DNA from: Nannocystis bainbridge
GTDB lineage: Bacteria; Myxococcota_A; Polyangia; Nannocystales; Nannocystaceae
Assembly (NCBI RefSeq): GCF_028368995.1
Contig: NZ_JAQNDL010000001.1
Coordinates: 576,001-640,000, forward strand
Direction of reading: 5' to 3'
Length of the DNA stretch: 64,000 nt
A model generated the notes under the pieces. The model was given only the letters and a program-made list of their open reading frames with translations. It did not search any database and was not told where the DNA came from. This document shows positions 1 through 9,737 of the stretch, piece by piece (the stretch's first letter is position 1; each line of letters begins with the position of its first letter). A program made the position numbers and the translations under genes.

Positions 1-479
1 TCGAGGCCCCACTGCTTGCGCGTGTAGTTGCGGAAGAACTTGGTGTAGAGCTCGCGGCCGACCCGGCTGACGATCACGTCCTCGGAGGTGCGCACGCACT
101 CGACCCGCTCGGCGCGCTCGGCGAAGAACTGCTCGAGCTCGCTGGAGGACAGGCGCAGGCCGTACAGGCGATTGACGGTGTCGAGGTTGATCGGGACCGG
201 GACGAGCTGGCCGTCGACGCTGGCGAGGACCCGGTGCTCGTAGGCCCGCCACTCGGTGAACCGGCCCAGATAGTCGAACACCTCGCTCGAGTTGGTGTGG
301 AAGATGTGCGGCCCGTACTTGTGGACCAGGATGCCGCTGTCGTCGTAATGATCGTAGGCGTTGCCGGCGATGTGTGGGCGCCGGTCGACGACGAGGACGC
401 GCTTGCCCGCGTCGGCGGCCAGGCGCTCCGCGAGCACGCTGCCAGCGAAGCCGGCGCCGACGATCAGATAGTCGAACAT
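1..479 (-). CDS. glf: UDP-galactopyranose mutase (3' part runs off the window)
   Basis: Manual translation from ATG at 479: MFDYLIVGAGFAGSVLAERLA...HIAGNAYD...HKYGPHIFHTN; Rossmann GxGxxG plus the UGM HxYGPHIFH motif. Absent from the ORF track. Confidence 0.93.
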   Translation of the reverse strand, partial: MFDYLIVGAGFAGSVLAERLAADAGKRVLVVDRRPHIAGNAYDHYDDSGILVHKYGPHIFHTNSSEVFDYLGRFTEWRAYEHRVLASVDGQLVPVPINLDTVNRLYGLRLSSSELEQFFAERAERVECVRTSEDVIVSRVGRELYTKFFRNYTRKQWGL

Positions 480-1669
480 GCCCCGCCCCTCGTGACACCG
501 GACAGGTCGCCGCGCACGGCGGCGCCGATCAGCGACTCCATCTGCGCCCAGGTGTCGTCCCACGAGCCGCGCGCCAGGAATTCGTCGACCCGCTGCAGCC
601 ACTCGCCGCGCCGCGGCCGTTGCAACGCGCGATCGATCGCGGCGACGAACGCGGCCGGCTCGTCGGCGATGTCGACGAGGCCTTCGCGGCCGTACGGGTC
701 GACGACGTCGCGGATCGAGGTCGCCACCACCGGCCGCCCCGCCGCCAGGTACTCGGGCGTCTTGGTCGGGCTGATGTAGCGCGTCGAATCGTTGCGTGAA
801 AACGGCATGATCGCCGCGTCCCACCCGGCCAGGTAGGCCGGCAGCTCGGCGTACGGCTTCTGCCCGAGGTAATGGATGTTGGGCCGCTTCGGCAGGCTCG
901 ACGCCTCGATCTTGGCCACCGGCCCGATCATCACGAACTCGAGGCCCGGGCGCAGGTCGGCCGCCGCCGCCAGCAGATCGAGGTCGATGCGCTCGTCGAT
1001 GACGCCGCAGTAGCCGATCCGCGGCCGTCGCAGCTCCCGCTGGTCGGGCGGCTCGGGCTGGGGCGCGCGCGCCCGGCGAAAGTGGCTCACGTCGATGCTG
1101 CTCGGGAACAGATACGCGGTCGGCCGCACCACCTGCTTGGCCTCGTGGAGGCTGCGCCCGCCGGTGAACACGAGGTCGGCGCTGCGCAACAGGTCGCGCT
1201 CGCGCTCCCGCAGGGCCGGCGGCGCGCCCCAGAAGTTCGAGAGCTCGTCCATGCAATCGTACACGGTGGCGGCGGGGGCGAGGTGCCGGGTGAAGCCGAG
1301 CGCCATCGGCGTGTAGTACCAGAGGACATATTGACGCAGGCGATCGGCGACGATCAGATCGTCGATCAGGCAGCGCAACAGCATCTCGCTCTCGTCCTCG
1401 TCGACCTCGCGCGGCAGGTGGGGCACGATCACGTTCACGCCGCAGTCCCGCCGGCTGCGCTCGATCCGCGGCTGCGCGCCGCCGCGGTGCGGCTCCTCGA
1501 TGAAATACACCGGCCGGGCCCGGGCGCAGCGCGACAGCAGGTGCTGCGGGCGTTGATAGACGAAGTCCCAGCGGAGGTGCGACAGGCACACGAGGGCGTA
1601 GTCCGCGGCGGCCCGTGAGAGGCCCTGCGACCATCGATTCGGGACCTGCTCCTGATCGAGGTGATTCAT
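464..1669 (-). CDS. GT-B glycosyltransferase of the type found next to glf
   Basis: SHLRWDFVYQRPQHL, YDCMDELS, SPTKTPEYLAAG motifs; ATG at 1669 overlaps the galK stop (ATGA). Confidence 0.85.
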   Translation of the reverse strand: MNHLDQEQVPNRWSQGLSRAAADYALVCLSHLRWDFVYQRPQHLLSRCARARPVYFIEEPHRGGAQPRIERSRRDCGVNVIVPHLPREVDEDESEMLLRCLIDDLIVADRLRQYVLWYYTPMALGFTRHLAPAATVYDCMDELSNFWGAPPALRERERDLLRSADLVFTGGRSLHEAKQVVRPTAYLFPSSIDVSHFRRARAPQPEPPDQRELRRPRIGYCGVIDERIDLDLLAAAADLRPGLEFVMIGPVAKIEASSLPKRPNIHYLGQKPYAELPAYLAGWDAAIMPFSRNDSTRYISPTKTPEYLAAGRPVVATSIRDVVDPYGREGLVDIADEPAAFVAAIDRALQRPRRGEWLQRVDEFLARGSWDDTWAQMESLIGAAVRGDLSGVTRGGACSTI

Positions 1670-2796
1670 GATTCGAGGTTCATGGGACGGTTCGCCGGTC
1701 GATGCAACCACGGCAGTACGATCATTGGCGCGTGCGGGGCCATCGCCGAGTACGCGGCGACGACGTCGAGCGCGACGGCGGCGGTGCTGGCCCGATTGGT
1801 GAGGATGATCATCGCCCCGCCGAAGCCCCCGCCGGTGATGCGGGCGCCCAGGACGGCAGGGTGGCGATGGGCCAGCTCGACGAGCAGGTCGATCGCCGGG
1901 ACCGAGACCTCGAAGTCGTCGCGCAGCGATCGGTGCGACGCGTCGAAGATCCGCCCCAGCGCGGGCAGGTCCCCGCCCGTCAGCGCCGTGGTCGCGGCGA
2001 GCACCCGCAGGTTCTCGTGCACGACATGGCGGGCGCGGCGCCGCAGCGGCTCGGGCAGCTCGTCGATGCGCGGGTCGCCGGCCTCGACGTCGCGCAGCTG
2101 CGGGACCCCGAGCAAGGCCGCGGCCCGATCACACTCGGCGCGGCGCGTCCGATAGTCGCCGGTCGCGTGATCGTGGGCGACGCCCGAATCGATCACGACC
2201 AGCCCGAGGTCTGGCGGCAGGGCGATGCGCTCGACGACCCGCGAGCGGGTGTCGACGAACAAAGCGGAGCCCTCGTCGCCCTTGCTGCAGACCAGCGGAT
2301 CCATGATGCCGACCGGCGCGCCGACGAATTCGGTCTCGGCGCGGTGGGCCAGCGCGGCCAGCAGGTCGTCGTCGTAGGTCAGCGAGAAGGCGCGCCGGAG
2401 GCCGCGCAGCAGCGCCACCTCGAGGGCGGCGCTGGACGACAGGCCGCCGCCGACGGGCACGTCGGAGTCGACGTAGAGATCGAAGCCGGAGAGGGACCGA
2501 TCCGTCGCCGCGAGGGTGGCGGTGATCGCCTGCACGTAGTCGATCCATTCGCCGGAGCGGCGCTCGGCGCCGAGCTCGTACTCGCGGATGCCGGGCCGCT
2601 GGGCGCTGGTGGCCCGCACGCGCCGATCGGGCCGGAGCGCCAATTGCACGTAGGTCCGCTGCGGCAAGGCCGTCGGCAGCACATAGCCGCCGTTGTAATC
2701 GGTGTGGTCGCCGATCAGGTTGACGCGGCCCGGCGCGCTGGCGCCGAGATCGCTGGGGCGACCGAAGAGCTCGGTGAAGGCGTCGCGCTCAGTCAT
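1666..2796 (-). CDS. galK: Galactokinase
   Basis: APGRVNLIGDHTDYN, PVGGGLSSSAA and GARITGGGFGG GHMP-kinase motifs. Confidence 0.93.
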   Translation of the reverse strand: MTERDAFTELFGRPSDLGASAPGRVNLIGDHTDYNGGYVLPTALPQRTYVQLALRPDRRVRATSAQRPGIREYELGAERRSGEWIDYVQAITATLAATDRSLSGFDLYVDSDVPVGGGLSSSAALEVALLRGLRRAFSLTYDDDLLAALAHRAETEFVGAPVGIMDPLVCSKGDEGSALFVDTRSRVVERIALPPDLGLVVIDSGVAHDHATGDYRTRRAECDRAAALLGVPQLRDVEAGDPRIDELPEPLRRRARHVVHENLRVLAATTALTGGDLPALGRIFDASHRSLRDDFEVSVPAIDLLVELAHRHPAVLGARITGGGFGGAMIILTNRASTAAVALDVVAAYSAMAPHAPMIVLPWLHRPANRPMNLES

Positions 2797-3871
2797 CGAT
2801 CTTCACCTCGACGGCGCGCAGCTCGGCGGCCTTCTGCTCCGGCAAGGTCTCGGCGGTGAACACCCCCGCCCCGACCTCCGTGCCCGCCAGGTACTTGAGC
2901 CGCCCGGGCATGCGATACGGCGGGTAGAACTCGATGCGCAGGTGGGCCTCGGGGTGCGTCTGGCCGTCGCTCGGGGCCTGGTAGCAGGCCATCACGTACG
3001 GGAAGCTGCGCGCCCACAGGCCGTCGTACTTGAGCAGCGTGGTCTTGAGCGCGCGCGCCAGGTCCTTGCGGGTCTCGCCGTCGAGCGCGGGCAAGGAGGG
3101 GCACGCGACCCTGGGCGTGACCCACACCTCGTAGGCATAGCGGGCGCACACGGGCACGAACGCGACGGCGCGTGGGCCGTGGTAGAGGAGGCGCTCGGCG
3201 GCGGCGATCTCGGCGTGCACGAGCTCGAGCGCGAGGTTGCGGCCGCAGCGGGCGAAGTACTGCTCCTGGTTGGCGAGCATGCGCGCGGGGATCGGCGGGA
3301 CGAACGGATAGGCGTAGATCTGGCCGTGCGGGTGATGCAGGGTGACGCCGACCTCGACGCCGCGGTTCTCGAACGGGAACACGTAGGCGATGTCGTCGCG
3401 CCGCCCGAGCGCGGCGGTGCGGTCGGCCCAGACCTCGAGGATCAGCTCGATCTGCGCCAGCGGCAGGGTGCCCAGCGATTGCGTGGGGTCGCGCGAGAAC
3501 ACCACGACCTCGCAAGCGCCGATCCCGGGGCCGGTGTCGACGATCGTCTTCGGCGGCGCGGGGGCGGTGGCCGCCAGCGCGGGATAGAGGTTGTCGAACA
3601 CTGCGACGTCCCACGGGCAGCCGGGGACCTCGGTCGGATGCGCCGGGTCGGAGGTCGGCAGCAGCGGGTTGTACTCGGGCGGCGGCAAGAACGTGCGGGT
3701 CTGGCGATGGGCGGCGTAGACGACCCACTCGCCGCGCAGCGGGTGCCAGCGCAGGTGGGAGCCGCCCTCGCCGCCGCGCGGACCCTCGAGCCGGCATTCG
3801 TCCGGCACCGCCGAATGGCCATAGAGGTGGAGCTCGCGCCCGTCCGGCTTGACGAAGCTGCGCTTGAACAC
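2789..3871 (-). CDS. galT: Galactose-1-phosphate uridylyltransferase
   Basis: [22 protein letters not shown] catalytic motif; overlaps the galK start. Confidence 0.92.
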   Translation of the reverse strand: MFKRSFVKPDGRELHLYGHSAVPDECRLEGPRGGEGGSHLRWHPLRGEWVVYAAHRQTRTFLPPPEYNPLLPTSDPAHPTEVPGCPWDVAVFDNLYPALAATAPAPPKTIVDTGPGIGACEVVVFSRDPTQSLGTLPLAQIELILEVWADRTAALGRRDDIAYVFPFENRGVEVGVTLHHPHGQIYAYPFVPPIPARMLANQEQYFARCGRNLALELVHAEIAAAERLLYHGPRAVAFVPVCARYAYEVWVTPRVACPSLPALDGETRKDLARALKTTLLKYDGLWARSFPYVMACYQAPSDGQTHPEAHLRIEFYPPYRMPGRLKYLAGTEVGAGVFTAETLPEQKAAELRAVEVKIDD

Positions 3872-3872
3872 G

Positions 3873-5711
3873 CTACACCTCCTGCCCCTGGCGCCCGTGG
3901 TCGTCGTGCGGGGTCGGCGGCCCGAGGCCGTTCAGCGCGGCGATCCGCTCGATCGGGAGCTTCGGCGTGCGGTCGGCGTACAGCAGGCCGTTGGCCTCCT
4001 GATAGGTGTCGGCGAACTGCGTATAACAATAGCCGGCGAGGATGTCCTGGGCGCGGACCACCGAGAACAGCGCGTGCAGCCGGCGCTCGAGGTCGGCCGC
4101 GTCGTCGCTGCGGCTGTAGCCCCAGGTGCTGCGGCGGTCAGGCGAGCAGGCGATGCCGCCGAACTCCGACAGGACCACCGGATGGTTGAACTCCTGGAAG
4201 TTGCCGAGCACCAGCTCGCGGCCGCCGAAGCGCTCGCGCTCGCACAGGTTGTGGCGCACGTTGGGCGCCTGGTAGCGCGACAGCATGCGCTCCGGGTCGA
4301 CCTCGTAGTCGTGGATGCCGACGATGTCCGTGGCGACGCTCTCCCACCCGTCGTTGCCGACGACCGGGCGGTTGGGGTCGAGGGTCTTCGTCAGGTGGTA
4401 CAGGGCGGTGACGTAGTGCCGCTCGGACGGGTTGTCCGGCAGGTTGGGGACCCCCCACGACTCGTTGAAGGGGACCCACGCGACGACGCACGGGTGGCTG
4501 CTGTCGCGCTCCAGCACCTGCATCCACTCCTGGGTGAGCGCCTGCACCGAGCGGCGGGTGAAGCGATAGGCGCTCGGCATCTCCTCCCATACGAGCAGGC
4601 CCAGGCGATCGGCCCAATAGAGGTAGCGCGGGTCCTCGATCTTCTGGTGCTTGCGGACCGCGTTGAAGCCCATGGCCAGCGCGAGCTCGACGTCGCGGCG
4701 CAAGGCCGCCTCGTCCGGGGCGGTGAGCCCGGTCTCCGGCCAATAACCCTGGTCGAGCACCATGCGCAGGCGGATCGGGCGGCCGTTGAGCAAGATCTGG
4801 TCGCGGTGCACGCCGATCGTGCGCAGCGCGGTGTAGCTGCGCACGGCGTCGACGACGGCGCCGCCGGGGCCGATCAGATCGACCTCCGCCTCGATGAGGT
4901 TGGGCGCCTCCGGGCACCACAGCAGCTCGTTGCGCGCGTCGTCGATGCCGGGATCCGACAGCGGGATCCGGCGGTGGATCTCGTGGTGCTGGCACTGGTA
5001 GCGATCCTCGACGAGCAGACAGTCGCCCGAGAACAGCCGCAGGCGCAGGCTGTAATCCGGGCTGACGACGCCGACGATCGTGCTGCTGAAGCCGATCTCC
5101 CAGCGGAACAGGTTCGAGGTCCAGCGCAGGTGCGCCAGGTGGACGGCGGGGACCCGCTCGATCCACACCGATTGCCAGATCCCCGTGGTGCGCTGATACC
5201 AGATCGAGTGCGGCACCTCCTGCCAGTCCTGCTTGCCGCGCGGCTTGGCGAGGTCGTGCGGATCGTCGAGGGCGCACACGACGACCTCGATCGGCTTCCT
5301 GGCGCCGCCGAGCCGGGTCACCTCGACCGAGAACGGGGTGTAGCCGCCGACGTGGGTCGCGACCTCGGCGCCGTCGATCCACACCGTGGCAGCGTAGTCG
5401 ACCGCGCCGAAGCGGAGAAACAGCAGCTCGCCGGCGGCCGCGGCCGGGAGGGTCACCTTGCGGCGGTACCAGCAGGCGGCGTAATAGCCGTGCTCACCGA
5501 CGCCGCTGCGCTCGGTCTCCGGAGCGAACGGGACCTGGATCGTTCGGTTCCAGGCGACCTCCCGCGGGTGCCGCCAGCGCGCCTCACGATCGAGCGCGAA
5601 GTCCCAGGCGCCGTCGAGGCTGGCCCAGGTGTCGTCGCCCCGGCGCAGCATCGGCCGCAGATAGCCGGGGCGCGACGGGGCCACGGCGCTGTTGGAAGAG
5701 GGTCGGGTCAT
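3873..5711 (-). CDS. Glycoside hydrolase family 2
   Basis: FGAVDY, HVGGYTPF, GIWQSVW, LDQGYWP, WVPFNESWG (acid/base) and SEFGG (nucleophile). Confidence 0.88.
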   Translation of the reverse strand: MTRPSSNSAVAPSRPGYLRPMLRRGDDTWASLDGAWDFALDREARWRHPREVAWNRTIQVPFAPETERSGVGEHGYYAACWYRRKVTLPAAAAGELLFLRFGAVDYAATVWIDGAEVATHVGGYTPFSVEVTRLGGARKPIEVVVCALDDPHDLAKPRGKQDWQEVPHSIWYQRTTGIWQSVWIERVPAVHLAHLRWTSNLFRWEIGFSSTIVGVVSPDYSLRLRLFSGDCLLVEDRYQCQHHEIHRRIPLSDPGIDDARNELLWCPEAPNLIEAEVDLIGPGGAVVDAVRSYTALRTIGVHRDQILLNGRPIRLRMVLDQGYWPETGLTAPDEAALRRDVELALAMGFNAVRKHQKIEDPRYLYWADRLGLLVWEEMPSAYRFTRRSVQALTQEWMQVLERDSSHPCVVAWVPFNESWGVPNLPDNPSERHYVTALYHLTKTLDPNRPVVGNDGWESVATDIVGIHDYEVDPERMLSRYQAPNVRHNLCERERFGGRELVLGNFQEFNHPVVLSEFGGIACSPDRRSTWGYSRSDDAADLERRLHALFSVVRAQDILAGYCYTQFADTYQEANGLLYADRTPKLPIERIAALNGLGPPTPHDDHGRQGQEV

Positions 5712-5736
5712 ACGCGCCGCTGGGTTGTCGCCGCTG

Positions 5737-7008
5737 TCAATCGCCGTCCGGCCGGCCCAGCGCGCCGGGGTGGCGCTCGCACACCACGGCCAGCGCGGCC
5801 TCGGCGGCGCGCAGGGTGCGATCGATGTCGTCGTCGGTATGGGCGGCGCTGACGAACCAGAGGTGACGCGGGTGCAGCAAGATCCCGCGCTGGACCATCT
5901 CGGTGTAAAAAGTCGCCGCGACGGCGTCGCGCACCCGCAGATCGGCGTGGGTGAACCGCAGGAACGGCATCGGCGGCAGCGGCTCGCCGTAGGCCAGAGC
6001 CGGCACGCCGGCGCGGTCGACGGCCGCCTGCAGGCCGGCGATGAGGCGCTCGCCTAGCCGCCACACGTGATCGGTGACGGCGTAGCGATCGAGCACATCG
6101 AGGGTGGCGAGCGCCGCCGCGATGCCGGTGGTCTCGCCGTGGTAGGTCGCCGACATGTGGAGCTCGGCGCCGTGCCGCATGACCTCGCGCCGCCCGACCA
6201 CCGCGGCGACCGGCCAGCCGTTGCCGAGCGCCTTGCTGAGCGTGGTGAGGTCGGGCACGACGCCGGCCCACTGCTGAAACGAGCCCGGGCGGATGCGCAG
6301 GCCGGTCTTGATCTCGTCGAGGATGAAGACGGCCCCGTGCTCACGCGCGTGCTCGGCGAACAGCCGCGCGAGCTCGGGCCGCGACGCGGGCATCATCTCC
6401 GGCGCGAGGATCACCGCCGCGACCTCGCCCGGGTGCGCGCGCAGCAGCTCGCGCAGCGACTCGGGCTCGTCGGGGCGGAACTCGAGCACCTGCCTCTCGA
6501 GCCCGTCGGGCACGAAATCGGCGAGCGGCAGGCACCAATCGTGCCACCCGTGATAACCACAGCGGGCCACGCGACGCCGACCGGTGGCCCGTCGCGCCAG
6601 CCGCAGCGCCGCCGTGGTCGCGTCGGAGCCGGTCTTGAAGAACGCCCCCATGTCGGCGCCAGGCAGGCGCGCGACCAGCCGCTCGACGAAGCGCAGGTGC
6701 AGCGGGTGATTCAGGGTCAGCAGGTTGCCGCGCCGCGCCTGCTCGAAGGCCGCGCGGTCGACCTCCTCGTGGGCGTAGCCGAGCAGCAGCGGGCCGAAGG
6801 CCATCACGTAGTCGATGTATTCGTGGCCGTCGACGTCCCACACGCGACAGCCGGCGCCGCGCGCGAAGTACATCGGCGAATCGGCGGGGGTCACGAGCGG
6901 CCGCCCGGAGAGGTGATAGCCGCCGGGGATCAGCGTGCGCGCGCGCTGCAGCAGCTCCTGCGAGGCGAGGAACGAACGCGCCGGCGGTGTGAGGCCCTGC
7001 TGGTCCAC
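5737..7008 (-). CDS. Class III PLP-dependent aminotransferase (GSA-aminomutase-like fold)
   Basis: WDVDGHEYID, KTGSDA, GYHGWHD, DEIKTGLR, LSKALGNG (PLP lysine). Confidence 0.85.
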   Translation of the reverse strand: MDQQGLTPPARSFLASQELLQRARTLIPGGYHLSGRPLVTPADSPMYFARGAGCRVWDVDGHEYIDYVMAFGPLLLGYAHEEVDRAAFEQARRGNLLTLNHPLHLRFVERLVARLPGADMGAFFKTGSDATTAALRLARRATGRRRVARCGYHGWHDWCLPLADFVPDGLERQVLEFRPDEPESLRELLRAHPGEVAAVILAPEMMPASRPELARLFAEHAREHGAVFILDEIKTGLRIRPGSFQQWAGVVPDLTTLSKALGNGWPVAAVVGRREVMRHGAELHMSATYHGETTGIAAALATLDVLDRYAVTDHVWRLGERLIAGLQAAVDRAGVPALAYGEPLPPMPFLRFTHADLRVRDAVAATFYTEMVQRGILLHPRHLWFVSAAHTDDDIDRTLRAAEAALAVVCERHPGALGRPDGD

Positions 7009-7238
7009 GCCCGGGGTGTGCCGCGGAGCGCGGTTCCGTCCACCCGCGGCGGCGTAGACGGGCGAATGCGCGGTCCCTGGCCGGGATGTGCGGCGGACCC
7101 CTCCGGACTTGCGGGCCCGCCGCCGCCTCGCGGGTGCTGTGATTCGCGGGCGAGCGCTCGAGCGACGCCCAGCGGCCCGGGCCGCTCGTGCGATTCACCC
7201 GCCGCGGCCGCGCCGGCGGCCACACCTCTGTGCGGCGC

Positions 7239-8318
7239 TCAGAAGCGAATCATCAGCCCGTCCGTCGTCACCGCGATCCGCCGCTGGCCGACCGCGCGAC
7301 GACGCAGCCCGTAGTGGGCCGCCACCACCCCGAGCACGGCGAACGGCAGCGCCACGGCGAAGCCGATCAGGCTGCTCGTGCGCGCGTGCCTGGCCGCGTC
7401 CTCGCGCTCGAAGCGGGTCGGGTACGGCCGCTTGCCCGACTCGATCGCGTCGCCGCGGGCGATGAAGAAGAAACCGACGCCGAGCCCCGCCAGGGCCCCC
7501 ACCCCCGCCGCGCCGGCGACCGCGAGGTAACGACCGCTGGATTGCTGGACCTCGCGGCGCCACCCGTCCTCGCGCGCCTCGTCGGCCTCGCCGAGCTTGA
7601 CCTGCCGGGCGGCGCTGGCGGCCACGCCCTGCTGCGCGCGCTCGAGGTCGGCCTCGGCCGCGTCCACCGCCTGCGCCGCGGCGGTCGCCTCGCCGCGCAG
7701 CTTCACCACGGCGGGATCGATCGAGCTGTCCTTTTGGCCAGGTGTGGGCTTTGTCCCCGCCGGCACCGGGACCCACGGATCGGCGAGGCCCTCGTCGCGC
7801 AGCGCCGCCTCGACCGTGTCCCTGGCCGCCGCGCGCGGCTGGTCGCGCAAGGCTGTCTCGTGGTGCGTGCGGCGCAGCTTCAGCGCCGCCTTGCGGCACG
7901 GCTCGAGCCCGGCGAGCGCGGCGTCACGCGCAGGCTCGGACACGTAGGCGCCGAGCAGGCGCCGCAGCGCGGTCAGGCGCCCTGGTGCGAGGGTGCAGCC
8001 GACCGCGCCTGCGCGGGCCTCGGCGATCGCCGCCGTGTAGCGCTCGCCGTCGCCCTGCTGCGTCTCGGCGTCGGCGTCGGCCTCGCTCTCGGCGGCCCGC
8101 AACGCCTTTGCCGCCGCGACCTCGGCCTCCCTGGCCTTTTGGACAGCTTCGTGGGCCTGCCACTCGGCGGCCCGCAGCGCGCGGCCGGTCGCCTCCTCCT
8201 CGGCGTGCGCCTGCACGTCCTTGCCGGGCGGCGCCGGGGGGGCGAGGCGACACGCGCCGGCCGCGAGGGCCAGCGCCACCAGATGGGCTGAAATCGTGAG
8301 ACGTCGAGGGCGAGGCAT
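7239..8318 (-). CDS. Hypothetical lipoprotein with Ala-rich coiled coil and two C-terminal hydrophobic segments
   Basis: ATG at 8318 gives a signal peptide with lipobox LAAGAC; hydrophobic stretches YLAVAGAAGVGALAGLGVGFFFIA and LIGFAVALPFAVLGVVAA. Confidence 0.6.
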   Translation of the reverse strand: MPRPRRLTISAHLVALALAAGACRLAPPAPPGKDVQAHAEEEATGRALRAAEWQAHEAVQKAREAEVAAAKALRAAESEADADAETQQGDGERYTAAIAEARAGAVGCTLAPGRLTALRRLLGAYVSEPARDAALAGLEPCRKAALKLRRTHHETALRDQPRAAARDTVEAALRDEGLADPWVPVPAGTKPTPGQKDSSIDPAVVKLRGEATAAAQAVDAAEADLERAQQGVAASAARQVKLGEADEAREDGWRREVQQSSGRYLAVAGAAGVGALAGLGVGFFFIARGDAIESGKRPYPTRFEREDAARHARTSSLIGFAVALPFAVLGVVAAHYGLRRRAVGQRRIAVTTDGLMIRF

Positions 8319-8439
8319 TCGCGGCGGCCGGAGTATTGCCCACTCCGGGGCCCCCCTCAAGCCGCGGGCCGCGTACGCCGGGGCCCGTGTCCCCTGCCCC
8401 GGCGCTCTGCGACGCGACGCGCCTCGCGTCGCGCCCACC

Positions 8440-9435
8440 TCACAGCGCCAGCAGGCCGCGCGCCGCGTCGAGCGCCAGCGGCTGGGCCCCGTAGCTGGCC
8501 GCGCCGACGCCCCAGCGCGCGAAGCCGGCGGGCTCCGGCGCCTCGTCGGTGGCTGCGCCATGGCTCCACCAGCCGGTCACGCTCAATCGCTTGCCGCGCG
8601 CGTACGGCGACACCGGCGTGACCGCGTGCACGGTCTCCGCCGCGACGTTGAACACGATCAGCGTGTTGAATGACGGCACCACCTGCGCGCCGCTCGGGCC
8701 CCACACGAACTGACCGCCCGAGGCCGCGTCCCAGTCGCGGGCGAGGTGCCACACGAACGCGACGGCGCGCGCCAGCTTGTGATCGGCGTGCGGCGCCGCG
8801 AAGTCGCCGGCGACGTAGCGCGTCGCCCCGAGCTCGAGCGGACCGCCGCAGTCGCGGCCCGACAGCGCCGCCGCGAGCTCGCGGCTGGCGGCGGCGCCGA
8901 ACAGCGCGCGGCTGGCCGCGATCGTCGGGCCGGCGGGGTCGGCCTCGTCGAGCACGTGGTGTCGATAATGCGGCGAGCTGCCGAACGCCTCGACGGCGCG
9001 CCAGCGGACGGCGGCGTCGAGGGCCGCGCCGACCCGCTCGGCGAGGTCGCGGCGCAGCGCGTCGCGGATGACCACGGCCCGCCCGGCGGCCAGCTGGGCG
9101 GCGATGTCGTCCTTGCGCGCCAGCGCGGCCGGGTCGAGCGCTTCGACCAGCGACGTCGGCCACGCCGCGGGCGCGACCGCGGGCGTGCGTTCGTCGACCA
9201 GCAACCCCTCGGCGACCAGGCCGGCGACCGTCGCCGCCAGCTCGGCAGGCGAGCCGAACTCGGCGAGCGTCGCGTGGGCCGCGGCGATCGTGCGCGGGCA
9301 GGCGAACGCGGCCAGCGTCTGGAACACCCGCGGCGCCAGCGAGAAGGCGCGCCGACCGACGAGCGCGACGACCGTCGCGTCAGGCCCGGGGCGAAACACG
9401 CACGCGGGCGCGAGGACATAGGACGACTCCGGCAT
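8440..9435 (-). CDS. Fe(II)/2-oxoglutarate oxygenase (prolyl-hydroxylase-like) with an N-terminal RRE/winged-helix-like domain
   Basis: YxxGDFxxPHAD ... W(D)xxxGG ... PxFNTLxxF ... VHAV ... RLSVTGW. The first ~85 aa show a strands-then-helices pattern ending LVAEGLLV. Confidence 0.8.
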   Translation of the reverse strand: MPESSYVLAPACVFRPGPDATVVALVGRRAFSLAPRVFQTLAAFACPRTIAAAHATLAEFGSPAELAATVAGLVAEGLLVDERTPAVAPAAWPTSLVEALDPAALARKDDIAAQLAAGRAVVIRDALRRDLAERVGAALDAAVRWRAVEAFGSSPHYRHHVLDEADPAGPTIAASRALFGAAASRELAAALSGRDCGGPLELGATRYVAGDFAAPHADHKLARAVAFVWHLARDWDAASGGQFVWGPSGAQVVPSFNTLIVFNVAAETVHAVTPVSPYARGKRLSVTGWWSHGAATDEAPEPAGFARWGVGAASYGAQPLALDAARGLLAL

Positions 9436-9525
9436 TGGCACCACCACTCAGCGCTCGTACCCGCGGCCGCGCCGTCGCGTCAAGCCGCAGCGCGCTCGAC
9501 CCGTCGCGGGCGAAATGAAGCATGT

Positions 9526-9542
9526 AAAAATCACGGATTTTT
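9526..9542. promoter_or_regulatory. AT-rich perfect inverted repeat AAAAATC-ACG-GATTTTT in a divergent intergenic region (candidate operator)
   Basis: 7-3-7 palindrome in otherwise very GC-rich DNA, between the oxygenase and precursor genes. Confidence 0.4.
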
Positions 9543-9737
9543 CGCTGCGACATCGCCGAGCACGCCCTGTCATCCCGACAGAGGCGCACGCACGGCATGT
9601 CCCGCCGCCACGCATTATCGAACATCCACGCGCACGATCGCCCGGGACCCGGGGACGAGGTGCCACGAATACGGAGCGTGTCCTTGTATTTCGACACAGG
9701 CAGCTCCGCGGACCCGAACACACAGGAGAGAAGCGAC

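Noticed and set aside
5737-7008. hemL (glutamate-1-semialdehyde aminomutase)
   Set aside because: Only fold-level resemblance: KTGSDA and YHGWHD rather than NSGTEA and YHGH, and no tetrapyrrole genes nearby.
7239-8318. Membership of this lipoprotein gene in the RiPP cluster (immunity or export)
   Set aside because: It resembles generic myxobacterial coiled-coil lipoproteins; nothing but proximity links it.
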